Source: Guillardia theta CCMP2712 (Eukaryota; Protista; Cryptophyta). From it: a stretch of 64,000 nucleotides of DNA. The notes below the pieces were generated by a model that was not told the origin of the DNA, made no database searches, and saw only the letters and a list, made by a program, of their open reading frames with translations. Positions within the stretch are counted from its first letter, which is position 1. The number at the start of each line of letters is the position of its first letter. A program made the position numbers and the translations under genes. Of this stretch, positions 12,528 to 24,506 are shown in pieces. The DNA is taken from contig NW_005434669.1 in NCBI RefSeq assembly GCF_000315625.1, positions 1,087,245 to 1,151,244 on the forward strand, in the 5' to 3' direction.

Positions 12528-13326
12528 CTGATACTACTCCTTCAAATCCTCCTCCTCTTGCTTCTCGATCAAGCTCACTACTACGTTCACTCTTCTACCC
12601 ACCTCCTGCCCACCATCTCTCTGCAAGTTTTCATCTTTTCGTCCTCCAATTGATCGTCCTCATCAGAACGGTAGCGGCTTCGAGAAGCATATTCGGCAGG
12701 AGCACAACCCGAGATGGTACCTTTTCTTCCTGATCTACATCAAGTCGAAGCAACCCTCCTACCTTACTGGCCAGGAGAAATTTGTATACAATCAGGTCCC
12801 TTCAAGCTCTTTCCCCCCATCTGCCCTTCCCTCCTCCTTTTCACTGATCCTTCTCTCCTCCCTGTCCCTGTCCCTTTGTTCCTCCCTCTTCTTCCTCCCC
12901 CTCGTCTTCCCCCTCCTCTTTTTCTCGCTTTATGTCACCTCATCTGTTTGCTCAGTTGCTGATTGCTGCAAACAGGTATGGCCAGCAAAAGGTCCCTTGC
13001 ATTTCGACTGGCTGCCAAGGTGAGCAGAGGAGGAAGAGGAGGGGGACGAAGAGGAATAGGAAGAGTCTGAATGTGTGTGAAGGGAGAGGACGTTTCACTT
13101 AAGCGGAGGGGATGAAGGAGACGACACGCTTTCCAAGGTATTCGTCGAGGAGGAGGAAGGAGGAAGGTGACTGAAGCTTTTGTAGATTGAGAGCAGGATG
13201 GACTCTTTCGAGGCGAAACTCGCTGGCTGCATGGAAATTCTCAAGGAAATTCAGGTAGAGCGACGACATACCCGACATGTCTCACCTTTCTACCAGGAGA
13301 GCTTGCAGAACGAGAACAAAGACTAA
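3734..13326 (+). CDS. ITPR: Inositol 1,4,5-trisphosphate receptor / RyR-family intracellular Ca2+ release channel (multi-exon, ~2,700 aa)
   Basis: N-terminal suppressor domain (LRYGDRIAL; IKYGDTVQFVH), MIR repeats (WLWKIE, YRLKHLITGHYL), RIH (QKLLRE), RIH-associated (LLHGGNREVQ; MRRLCMGQNQELQDIFRVQ), GYVEIQRAGRLERIFF, six-TM region with pore and IITGIVIDAF, C2H2 zinc site CFIC...HIRQEH. Spliced C-terminus ...ESLQNENKD* ends at TAA 13324-13326. Start may extend further upstream. Confidence 0.93.
5328..5383 (+). repeat. (CTCCTG)n intron microsatellite
   Basis: Perfect hexamer array in an ITPR intron. Confidence 0.95.
12446..12527 (+). repeat. Compound (CCT)n(ACT)n intron microsatellite
   Basis: Directly visible. 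Confidence 0.95.
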
Positions 13327-13408
13327 GAGGAAGATGTTGAGCGGCATGGATTGGCAGACTAGCCCTCTGTAACTAGTAAGTCTGTTGTTTGTGTATTAAA
13401 GGATTCTT

Positions 13409-14173
13409 TCATTTGAGCTCTTTGATGTCATCGAGCTTCATGCAGACTACCACTCCTCCTCCGACGTCGGTGCCGCAGCTGTGATAGTCGTACACACACA
13501 TGCCGCTCTCTCGAAAGCTTCCAACAACTATGGGACACCCATGAAGCAGCTCGTCTCTGCATCTTGTGTTGGTCCAGCTTTGCTTGCCCCCTTCCTCTTC
13601 GCTCGTCTCCTTCAACAGCCTCTCTCCTGTGCTCGCGTACCATAGCACCATAGTGATCACCATCTCCAACGCCGTCGGCATCTTGTACGGGCTGTTCTGG
13701 AGGTATGACGCGCCCTGAACGAGCTTGATGTCCTCTGGCTGCACCAGCTCCACCTGCAGCGCTCGCGCCAGCGCCTGCTGGTCCTGGTAGAGCTTGTTGG
13801 TGCTCCTGGGAAGGATATCCTTTGCGATGAGGATCCAGTAGCAGGCCTCGGGGCCCTCTAGCCCGCGCTGCGCCTTCATCTTGTCCCAGTAGTATCTGAT
13901 GCTGCAGGCGTTCCCTTCCTTGGGCGCCTGCATCACCTCCGCCATGAGGTTCATGCACATCCTCCTGCTGTTGAGGGTGGAAGGAACCAGCACGAGAAGG
14001 TGGGTCTCGCAAACTTTCTTTCCTTTCCAGATGGGGCAGGAGGCGCCCATGAGCGCCTTGATCCTCCTAGGTAGCGCCGGCTCGTCCGGCACCAGTCCAA
14101 AGTACCTCCCCCATTCCTCCTTGCCGAACTTCGCCCACGCCATGCCGCCTGCCCCCGGTTCCTCCTTCCCCAT
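13409..14173 (-). CDS. Intronless hypothetical protein resembling an expanded family in environmental Chlamydiae and other intracellular bacteria
   Basis: Stop-free ORF with high GC3, likely start MGKEE at 14173. Motifs FGKEEWGRYFG..DEPALP, CPIWKGKKVCETHLLVLVP, MPTALE..TGERL, WTNTRC, VVGSF match that family from recall only. Confidence 0.75.
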   Translation of the reverse strand: MGKEEPGAGGMAWAKFGKEEWGRYFGLVPDEPALPRRIKALMGASCPIWKGKKVCETHLLVLVPSTLNSRRMCMNLMAEVMQAPKEGNACSIRYYWDKMKAQRGLEGPEACYWILIAKDILPRSTNKLYQDQQALARALQVELVQPEDIKLVQGASYLQNSPYKMPTALEMVITMVLWYASTGERLLKETSEEEGGKQSWTNTRCRDELLHGCPIVVGSFRESGMCVYDYHSCGTDVGGGVVVCMKLDDIKELK

Positions 14174-14510
14174 GGTAGCCAATGAGCGGCCAATGAGGGG
14201 ATGAGGGGACAACGGGAGCTGATAGGGGATGAGGGGGACAACGGGAGCCTGTGGCTAACGTTCATGGGAGGGAGGGAGAGAGGGAGGGAGGGAGAGAGGG
14301 AGGGAGGGAGGGAGGGAGGGAGGGAGGGAGGGAGAAGCAGGCAGCCTGGATGGCTCATGATGTTCATGCCGGCATTTTCGTGATGCTCTGAGGAATTGAG
14401 GGGATGATAACGCTATCCGCTCGTCTCACCATGATCACAGGCAGACAAGGACAGAGTTGACCAACCTGCGATGATCTTCAGCCATTGCTGACACCTTCAT
14501 CCCCCTTGAA

Positions 14511-16046
14511 ATGCTCGCGGCGAGCAAGAAGATCGGACGTCTGCTCGTGCTGCTGCTGACCACCTACCCTCTGCTGGCTGAAGCTGGCGGCAGGTAAGGA
14601 GGTGAGAGGGTAGTGCCTCTACTCAACCAAGGGAGCAGGAGGGCAGGAAGTGGCAGGCGATGCTTGTCTGCTCTGGTAGAGCCACCGACCATCGGTCAGT
14701 GCACAAACTTGTTCATCAAGGCGGTGGAGTACCGAGCATGCGTGAGCAACGAGAGCGAAGTGCAAGCCAAGGTGTGAGAGAGCGGGAGGATGAAAATATG
14801 AGAATGTCTACAGGCGACAGCAGCAAGAACAAAGCTCTCAGTCTCGGATCTGAGCGTGTACGTCAACCTGGCACAGAGTTTCCTCAACCAGCAATGCCGC
14901 CTTATGTGAGGAGCTGTTGACTGTCTTGATGCTTCGTGACTGACTTGTACATAGCTGGCAGAACTGGGTAAGAGGACAACCTTCTATTTGTACGATGACC
15001 TTGAGGCAGGTCACTCCTCCGTACTTCGTCTACACGTGCTATGGTGGCACCAAGAACTTGCAACCCTGCAACGGCCCTGAAGATCACTTCACATGTAGCT
15101 TTTCATCGCTTTTTTGGTTGATCTTGATGAGAAAATTTCTGCAGGTACCTTAGGTACATGTATACAACTGCAGCAGAACCCCAACTGGCCGGTGAAGGCC
15201 TCAGCTGTACTTGCCTCGTGTGAAGCCATGCAGGTCAATTGGTGGAACATGATCCAAACTAGTCAGTTTGGGGGGATACCAACCACTCTCTACAACGTGA
15301 GAAATCCTGATGCTGAAGCTGAGAGACTGAAGTTTCTAGCAGACGAGACAATGGTATTGCCCTTCTCAGCTGGAGTATGAGCTGGGAACAGTGTCTCTCG
15401 GATCAGTGACGGAGACGGTTTACGCTCCTTCCTCGAACCCCTGGATCTTGAGCGAGTGCGACTTGGTGGACAGGTGGGGAGATGAGGGGCAGACGCTTTG
15501 CCGTGACGTCCTTGACAGGTTCGGGCTGCCGCTGCCGAATGCTGACGCTCAGTGCGAGAACGTGACGGACACAAACCCTGTAGGGGAGAGGCACAAGCTA
15601 GAAGCGGCTCTAACGTCAGCCTTAGGTGAAGGACCAGTGCTGCGGCTACTGCGTTCTCAACAACGCTCATCTCATGCGCATGTGGAACTGCACGGCGTTA
15701 GGAGACCTCGCGCATGACCCTGTTGGCTTGAACGTGGGCACATGCTCGGCAATCTGCTGGACTAGAGCTGAAGCTTCTGCAGGCCCTCGCCCAGTACTGT
15801 CGCTTGGGAGGCTGCAAGGAGACTCGTCCATGCCTAGGGAGTCCTGTGAAGATGGGAGACCCCAAGGTGAGCGACAAGGACAGACGAGGCGACTCGAGTG
15901 CTGACGCTGTTGGCGCGTCTGCCTCAGACTCTGCTGAACCCCCTCAGTTATGCCGTGCAGTGCGATCAGCTCAACTCAGGCTGTCAAGATCAAGTGTAAG
16001 TTCACGTGCTGGTCAGGCCGAAGGTCATGATGGTGAGCAGGTGTAA
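14511..16046 (+). CDS. Secreted cysteine-rich protein of unknown function (multi-exon)
   Basis: MLAASKKIGRLLVLLLTTYPLLAEAG signal peptide followed by a GT donor; later exons are Cys-rich (CYGGTKNLQPCNGPEDHFTC..GTC; CCGYC; YCRLGGC). 3' end approximate. Confidence 0.6.
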
Positions 16047-16170
16047 ACTACGTTCGGCATGTGATAACAGGATTGAAGCTCTGCGATCTCGTTTAGGATA
16101 TGGCCTTTCCGCCGCATCCAGCCATTCTTATTCTTTTCTATTTGTACTGTATTTTCCGCTAATGATTATG

Positions 16171-18234
16171 TCATACATGAATATTTGAAAGCACTAAGCA
16201 AGGAACAAGTCTTCTGCCTCTTCGGCCTCGTTCTCCACAGCAGACTCGTACCTGCAACCTTGTTATCGCAATCGAGCTGAGAAGCAAGTCGTACGGGGCG
16301 ATGTTGAAGTAGTCAGCGTATGCTCTGCTCATCTTCAACTCGATGTCACGAAGCGTCATTCGCATCTGATCTGAAACTTGAAAGATTTCTTTCATTCTCG
16401 AGTTCTCGTCGTCGATCTTGGCTTTGCATTCTTCTTCAAGCTCTTTTCTTGCCTGCGATAGCGGTCATGTTATGCTGAGCACGACTATGTGTGTGAATTA
16501 CAAGCTCGTACTCTCGGAGCCTTGACAGCTCGGTTTGAATCTTTGACAAGTTGCTCTCCGCGCTCAGTCTCAGAACCTGCGATCCGATCAACAAATCGAA
16601 TCTCGACTGACATCCTACCTGATCTTCACGCCTCCCAGCTTGCTCTTTGAGAAACAACTGCTCCAGGCGGTTCTTCTCTTCCTCGTGCCGTTTTTTGAGT
16701 TCCTGAAGCAACGGGTGTAGCAGTCAGGCATCTTTCAGCAAGGTGCAATCAAGACGACCTCTATGTACTCCTGCAAACAAGCAAGCGTCAGTTGCCAGGC
16801 CACGAGCTAGCAGAGCGACTTTACCTTCCTCAGACGCTCTTTCTCCTTCTGCCTGTTCATTTCCTCGGCGAGCTCAGTTTCTCGCTGCTGCAGAGGATGC
16901 AGCTGGATCTCGGATTCTCTTCTCGCCTTCAGCATCATCAGAGGAGTCAATCAGCGTTTCTTAGCGTCGCTGCACCTGCTCTGCTTTACGAAGAGTTTCA
17001 CTGAGGTTTGCTATTTCTTCTGCGTTCGCTCCCTGTAGCGCTTCGATCTCCTCCTCACGTCTCTGCGCGCTCTCGCGCTCCTGTTCCAACGAGATCGCAC
17101 ATGATCGTCAGAGAACAAACAAAAAGGAAAAGGAGGAGGACAACCTGTTGCAGCATCTTCCTCAACTTGTCAAGTTCTTCTCTACCTTGCGAGCATTGAG
17201 CCAGCGCTTGTCGGAGTTGCAACCTTGCCTGAGATGAGTTTCAGAAGAGCTTCTCAGCACAACAGCATTTCAACATCATCAATATCATCATCCATTGATC
17301 GCGTCGGCGAGATTCCGTTGAGATACTCGGCAGTTCCGCGTATCAGAGTGCTTTCATAGCGGTAGTTCTCTGACCCTTCTCTCCTCTCGAAAGTCAACCG
17401 CACTCGTGAGCCCTGGGGTCCGAGGATGAGGCCTCGCAATGTTGAGAGAGGTTCGCCGATGACCTGAAAAGGAGATCAATGAAGAGCTGGGACAAGAAGC
17501 GCATGCCAACATCTCTGTCATCCACGGCAAGAATCATGTCGCCAACTCTCACAGATCCCTCGCGTTCTGCGGATCCTCCGCTCACGATAGTCTTGACGTA
17601 TACCGATCCATCGTTCTCCTGCTGAAAGAAATACCTACTCCCGCTTGTACTGCAACATGAGGAAGAAGAGTAAGAAAACATCTCTAGATCCCATTCACAA
17701 AACATTTTGATTCGCCATGTTGTCTTATGAGGATGATTGAAATCTGGTGGCATTATTGGGTAACAAAACAACAGCACACTCACATCGAACATCAACCTAT
17801 TAACAACCTTATCTATCTCAAAGTCGTTACTGTGTTCTCAAGCAGTTAGAACAAAAGGAATCTTTTGCAAACTATCTCAGAGGCCTTCATTTCATTTTGT
17901 AAATTTGTTACAAGCATCCTTCTCATTGCTATGCCCAACCTCCCACCTCCACAAAAGAAACGTCAAGCTACAAGCTTTTGAATCTCATATCTTCAAAGCA
18001 CCGTGAAACATCATCTTTGTTGCAAACAAAAAAGCAAGCCACCTCGTCTACTCACACCCTGGTCTACTTCACCTTGGTGATCGTAAATACCTTTTCAATC
18101 ACCATCCTCATCGCTGCTATAGGATGAACATCATCAAGAGCATCATCATCGATTTCGTGAGCATTGTCATCGTCTCGCTTACCGATTCCTGACTCCATTA
18201 CCGCATCTCGTCCACTTGCGCTACCTCCGTACAT
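16171..18234 (-). CDS. N-terminal PDZ domain + long coiled-coil protein (multi-exon)
   Basis: MYGG...SGIG / YFFQQENDGSVYVKTIVSGGSAEREGSVRVGDMILAVDDRDVIGEPLSTLRGLILGPQGSRVRLTFER is a CtpA-type PDZ; downstream exons are E/K/R/Q-rich heptads. 3' end approximate. Confidence 0.75.
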
Positions 18235-18564
18235 GTTTGAGCAGTAGCCAATGACCCCACCCCCTGCAATTCCAGTCTTGTCGTTTCTAGGCTGACTGCG
18301 TGACCGCTTTCTCCTGAGTATGGCACATATCCTTCTGGCATTATGGCAAGAGACTCAAAATCTCTACCTTACGCTGGAAGGCTAGAGAGGCCAATCTTGT
18401 TTCTAATACCACCCCCTTCAACCCCCACCTGGCTACACCACTACCCCCCCGTTGCCCCTTTAGTAGGATAACGGTAGTCAAGGTCCGCGTTCGAACGACA
18501 AACTAAATCTTGTTGAGCTAAACCAGAGGGTTTAGTCAAGTAGTGTAGTACTGAACCAACACAG

Positions 18565-18800
18565 ATAACGGCCCGGGCCGGGGCGCGGGAGTCACCGTGA
18601 CCCCAAGTTAACAATTTTACTCGGCGGCCCAGGCCCCGGGCATGTTGGCACTTCGAGTAAATCTGCAGGCAGCGACCACGCGGGCCTCTTTACTTATTCA
18701 GAGTCACTGAATTCAAACCAGAACCGACTCAGTAGATGGCGGGAGTCCAGCCCATGGCCACTGACGTTCAACCGTTCCAAAACTTTCGAAGACGCGCCGG
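18565..18800. promoter_or_regulatory. GC/CpG-rich intergenic island
   Basis: GGCCCGGGCC and GAGTCAC (18589, 18701); abuts the cactin stop codon. Confidence 0.5.
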
Positions 18801-18812
18801 GCAGGTGGAGGA

Positions 18813-21438
18813 CTAACGTCTGTACCGATAGCGCTTGAAGTTGAAGTAGAGGTGAAGAATTCCTCTGCAGAGCAGGTCAGATCGCAAGAGACGGTAGGAA
18901 GTCACCTGTCGAAAGTGCACTTGAAGCCTTTCTTGTGCGAGAACTCCCACTCCTTGTTCACAATGCGAAAACTGCGGGGAAGGATGAGGAAGACATTCGA
19001 TCACAGAGAAATCAACGCACGCCAAGTCCTCGTAGGGGGGGCCGGCCGAGAAGCGAAGGATCTTGGTCTCCGGGTTGTTGTCGGCCTCGAGCTTGAAGAC
19101 CGGAGTCTTGGTCTTGTCGATGAGATCAGGATAGAAGATGTTGAACTTGTAGCCCTGCCGCGAGTTTAGAGAGCAGCCTACAAGTCAAGAGACGTCAAGG
19201 CTTACTTGAACGATCTTTGGTGGAGGATTGTCTTGATCGTAATGAGTCTGTTGGAGAGGTGAGAATCGAGTACAGCAAGACGAGGACGCGCAAAGTGGAG
19301 AGGAGGAGGACAAAGGGAAGAGAAGATGAGCAAAGAGGACAGACGAACCTGGTTGTACTTGTTCCACTCGTAGCCGGTGTGAACGCGGTTGAAGAATCTC
19401 GGTTTGCGAGGACGGTACTTATCATGCCAAGAGTAGACCTGGTCGACTTACACATGAGATGACGTGGGAGAAATCATGAGAGCCTGACTTGATTGTCGAG
19501 GGAGATCTCATCAGTGAAGACCGCCTCATCCTCTTCGAGTGTCTTGTCCATCGAGTCATAGAGCTGCGGGCAGTAGTCACACCGTTTGCACTTTGGTGAA
19601 TCTGCAACACCTGATCCTCCATGCTCCTGCTCTTGACTTCTCTGAACTTGTTCGTCTCCGCCTCCAAGACAGCCTGCAGCATCATGACGATTGTGATGAT
19701 CGCCGAGCAGGAAAACCTTGCGCTTCTGCTCAATTTGCTGCTTGTCTTCTGCCTCGTCGACCGCTGGAAGAAAAGTCAGTCTGGCTGTCTCGTTTTCTTG
19801 CATCTTACCATCATCACCGCGGTAAGACCGATCCAAGACAGGACTGACGAACCCTGTCATTGAAAAAGGGAACAGAAAGTAGCAACACCTGAAGCTTCCT
19901 TGGTTGTCGCTCTCCTCTCCTTCGCTTGCAGCCTCCTCCTTGTCATCCTCCTTCGAACTCTCCTGCACAGCAGCACCTTTCATCATCATCCCAGCATCAT
20001 TCCTCGTCTCTCACCTTCTCCTCCATCCTTGGACCTGCCGGCTTAAGAGCCACAGTATGAACCTGCGACTCGAGGGCGCTGAGACGCCGACGGAGGATCG
20101 ACTGATGGATCTCCTTGAGCGTCGCCTTGGCCTTGGCGACCACGATCCTCCTCAGACAAGTTTCCCAGAACTCCGTGTCGGAAGCCGAGTCACCCTCCAG
20201 CATGTCCTTGATCTCCTTCTCCTGCTCTTCCAGCTCCCTCCTGCTTTTGCCTTGGAACATCTTAACAATGTCAGCATGCACAGCAGCATGGACGCCGTCG
20301 AGATAATGCCCGCTCCTTCCCTCGGCTGCCCATGCTGCTTGACGACGAGCATCCTGAAGGAAAAGTGAGTTGAGGACAAGAAAGAAGTGAGGGAGGACTT
20401 ACCTGAAGCTCATCCTCGCACACCGTAGTCATGCACTCCCAGAACAATACGTTCTCCATGTCGAGATTGCGATACATTTCTATGTCCCTCTCTAGCTCCT
20501 CCAGAGCAGCAATCTGTGTGTGAACGGAGTGAGACGAGGAGTGAAGGAAGATGACTCTGATCAACAGATGAGACGGACGCGAGGGCGCGAAACGATTCAG
20601 AGGGGGGTTAGAGGGAGCGAAAGGATCCAACCTGAAGGCCTTTGAAAAGCTTGTACGGCTCCGTCATTTCGACCTGCGGAGGAAGTCAAGAATGCCTGTG
20701 GTGGTCGATGGGATCTCACCTCCATGTTGTCTTCGATGAGATTCTTTGCCAAGATGTCAATGGGTCTTGCGCGACCTTCCTTGAGCCGAATCTTTGAACG
20801 GATCTTCGCTTGCTCCAAGTGAAACTTATCCGCGTTTCTCTCCCATTCAGCATGTTGCTGGTCTTCTTGCTGCCTCTGCATTCTCGCCTTCTCTTCTTCC
20901 AGCCATGCCTGCTCTCGCTCTCTTTCTTCTCGCCTTTGCTTCACCTGTCAACAACTAAGAAGAAGTCAAGAGGGTCAATGGGTCACCTTTTGCACTTCAT
21001 CTTCGATCATTCGCTTCCTCTCATCCTCATGGCGACGACGTTCTCTCTCTGACATCTGCTCGTAAGGCTTGTATCTGTGATCACGCGAGGTCTGGACAGT
21101 TTCTTCCTTCTTGTGCCAACGAAACTGCTGTGTGATGTTGCTATCTCCAAAGCGATTGTTTTCATCCGTGTAGCTAATGGCACACAAACAATCTTAACAA
21201 CGCACATCAAGTCGTATGAGGAAATACCCGCAGATTGTATTTCTTTCTTCTTCCTTCAACCGTTTAAGAGCCCTTGCATTGTTCAAGTTAGAATCGTTTT
21301 CTTTACACAGCAAGCAATCTACTTCTTGGCAAGACGACGATTCATCTTTTCCTCTCTGGTCCTACAGCAACGGATTAGAGACTAATTGTACCTTGCAAGC
21401 TGTAAAGCTTACTCTGCCATTTTGTGAAGCTTTTTTGA

Positions 21439-21524
<86 letters not shown>

Positions 21525-21655
21525 TCCTGTCGCGCTCCCTGCTCCGATCTCTTCCTCTGCTTCTGTCTCGTTCCCTGGAAAGCATGGTGAGAAGTTTTCA
21601 GACAGGATACATTTGTTCACCGATCATCGCTTCTCCTTCTGTCGTCTCTTCCCAT
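18813..21655 (-). CDS. CACTIN: Cactin (spliceosome-associated factor)
   Basis: [98 protein letters not shown]-terminal [14 protein letters not shown]; start MGRDDRRRS. Confidence 0.96.
21439..21523 (+). repeat. (GTCCCT)n coding microsatellite encoding the (RD)n tract of cactin
   Basis: Minus strand reads GACAGG repeats in frame with [12 protein letters not shown]...RDSKKLHK. Confidence 0.85.
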
Positions 21656-22559
21656 CTTGTCTCGATATCGACCTTTGTCCAGTGTCACTAGAGGTGTTAG
21701 CGCTGTGGATTCAAGGTTGACCCCCATTGTATCTCCTCAACAGTGACCGTTAACTCCCATAACAACCACGAGGGAGTCCAGGATCGGTATGAAGGTATCA
21801 AACACATTAATTCCTCTATCCTTGACTTTCTCTACTTTTGATTGTTGTAAATGCTCATCATTTTGTGATCTTCCTGCCTACCGTGTCCTCTTTGTGACAT
21901 GTACATAGCATACAATCTGGCTCTTCCTCCTCCTGCACCTTCTGCTCTCCTGCCTCTCTCTCTCCTTGTATCATCTCCTCCCTTTCCTCCCTCTTTCTCC
22001 CCTCCTCCCCTCCCGCCTCCTCCCGCCTCCTCCCGCCTCCGCATTCTCCTCCAAACATTCTTCCCCGCCTATGAGCTCGTGCTTGCCATGGCAGCGGCAA
22101 CAGTATGAATGAGGGTGATGAAACTTTTCTCAGAAACAAGGGGGTTGGGGTGGTACTTCATTAGGTGAATACTGGAATTGTAGGGATAATACAAGGAAAT
22201 CGAGGCGGGTAATAGGGGTCATTGAATGGGAAGGAATCATAGTTGGGTGGGGTAGTCTACGTAATGCAGGAAGAGACGAGTTGAGGTCGGTAGCCGAGGA
22301 AGAGGAGGGCAAGAACGTAGAACGAGGAGGGCCACTTTTAGTCGGGTAAGAGCAGGGCGAGGAGTGATAAGCAGTGTAAGGAAGCGTAAGGAAGAGGAAG
22401 AGGATGGAGAAGATGAGGGTAGAATGCAGAAGTTCCTCTGATATGATTCGCCTTGAGCGGGCATGCAGGTCAGATGATTGTCAAAGCAAAGCATGAGGGC
22501 ATATGTTTGAGGAGAAAATACTCTCATAATGAAACCCCTACATGTTCTCTAAATCATTC

Positions 22560-23642
22560 TGACGCACGTGTCCTACCAGTGTGAATCTGAGGACATGATC
22601 TCGTTCTCTTGACCAGTTTAAGTTGCTTCCGAGCATGCTGAGCTATCTCGCTGCTAAGGGCATCACTGTTAGCCAACCCTCCATTGCTGGCATCGGTCTT
22701 GTGCTCGACATCCGCTCTCGCAGCGCTCAGAATGCGGTCAACAAGCTCCAACGGAAGCTTGAGTTCCTTGTGGAGTCTGGAGAGACGGCAGGACAGGTTC
22801 GGCATGCCTCCTCGCCCCCTCCTCCTCACACTCAGCAGGAGATGCAAGAGATCGGGGCGTCCAACGACCCTGACGTGGACAATCTTCGGAAGCAGCTAGG
22901 TCAGGCCATGGTGGAGCTTGAGGCGTCGAGGGAGGACGATGCGATAGTGGTGGAGGATGTGATCGAGGACGGTCCTGCCCATCGCAGCAACAAGTTCTCC
23001 GTGGGTGAGTCAAGGAACCTTGCTGCTCTCGCCCTCCGGTTGGCTGAGACTGGCTGCTCAAGGTGACCGCGTGCTGCAAGTCGACGGGACCCCAGTTGGT
23101 TCGTCTTTCACCCTCTTGTCGCGTCTCGTGACTCCCTCTCTCCTCTCTCCTGCATTTCGCCATTTTTTCATTCCGAGCTGTACTTTTCACTCCATGCTTT
23201 CACTCCATTCCTCCTCTCTCCTCTCCTCTCCTCTCCTCTCCTCTCCTCTCCTCTCCTCTCCTCTGCTTTAATCTACTCTTCTCTACCCTACCCTACTCTA
23301 CTTTCCCCTCTCCTCCTTTCTCTCATCTCTCCTCTTCCCTCGTCTCCTCACTCTTCTCTTCTCTCTTCCTAAACCTGGCATGAAGAGGAGCTTGCAGGGG
23401 TGAATCTTGACTTGTGTGGGAATCTTATAAGAGGAGAGGAGGGCGCTAGTGTCAAGGTTTCGATCAAGAAAGCAGAAAGCAGCGTGATCGAAGACATCGT
23501 TATCGTGCGAGGGACGGTGAGACGCAAACAGAGCGGGTGGAAGAGCAGGAGGAGACGAAACTTGCTGTGGGGGGGGGGGGGCAGGAGGGAACAGGGGGAG
23601 CAGGAACATGTAGAGGAGCAGGAGCAGGAGCATGTAGAAGAA

Positions 23643-23679
<37 letters not shown>

Positions 23680-23697
23680 GAGCAGGAGCAGGAGCAG

Positions 23698-23747
<50 letters not shown>

Positions 23748-23862
23748 GGTAGGGGCAGGAGAAGGAGCAGGGGCAGGATGCATGAAATGCGAATGAATAA
23801 CTTGGCAGGTCTCAGCCGTCAGCGCACAGCAGAGTCGGAAAGGAGGGTTGTTCTCGTGGTAG
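22560..23862 (+). CDS. PDZ-domain protein with a helical insertion inside the PDZ (multi-exon; start uncertain)
   Basis: AGIGLVL ... ~50 aa ... IVVEDVIEDGPAHRSNKFSVGDRVLQVDGTPV ... LIRGEEGASVKVSIKK; last exon VSAVSAQQSRKGGLFSW* (TAG 23860-23862) followed by AATAAA at 23881. Confidence 0.65.
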
Positions 23863-24079
23863 AGCTTCTTCAATCTGTACAATAAACCACCAGCTTCTCT
23901 CTCTCCCTCATACCCATCACACTCTACGCCCCAACGGCCCCGACCCCCACTCTTCCTCCTCCTGCTCCTTCGTCCTCCTCCCCATCCAACCCCCGTCCTC
24001 CCGATCCCGCTCCTAGCAATTCCACCCCCTTGTCCGTTTTATCCTGGTCCCCTTTGCCCTGACTACGCCCCCAAGTAAA

Positions 24080-24506
24080 ATGGAGGGGCATGGTAGGGGT
24101 GAGCGAGGGAGGGAGGAGGGAGGAGGAGGAGGAGGAGGAGGAGGAGGAGGAGGAGGAGGAGGGCAAGACAGTTCAGACATCTTGGTGTTGTTCGAAGGAG
24201 AAGCGTACAACGTCGGAGCATGGGCGGTGGAGCACCCAGGAGGGAGTGAGGTTCTCCGGAGAAATCGAGGGCGGGACATCACAGATGTCTTCAAGAAGAT
24301 CGGGTATGTCGCTTGCTCTCCGTGCCTCCTTGTCTCCTCCTCCTGAAACTCATTGCTGCTTTCGCAGGCACTCGGATCGAGCATGGCAGCTTCTGCAAAG
24401 CATGAAGGCACCTGATGTAGCCGCCAGCAAAGTGAAGGCTTCTCAGGAAACGATGGTTCCTCCTCCTCCCGCCTTCGTCTCTCACCAGAAGAAAACTTTG
24501 CGGTGA
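24080..24506 (+). CDS. Cytochrome b5-like heme-binding protein (apparently soluble)
   Basis: YNVGAWAVEHPGGSEVL...GRDITDVFKKIG|HSDRAWQLL, with both axial His motifs (HPGG, GHS across an intron). Termini uncertain. Confidence 0.8.

Noticed and set aside
13409-13520. Diversity-generating-retroelement variable region at the C-terminus of the HGT candidate
   Set aside because: No template-repeat copy or reverse transcriptase in the window.
22623-24506. Apparent PDZ-cytochrome b5 fusion
   Set aside because: The spliced PDZ frame stops at TAG 23862 followed by AATAAA; the b5 is more simply a separate downstream gene.
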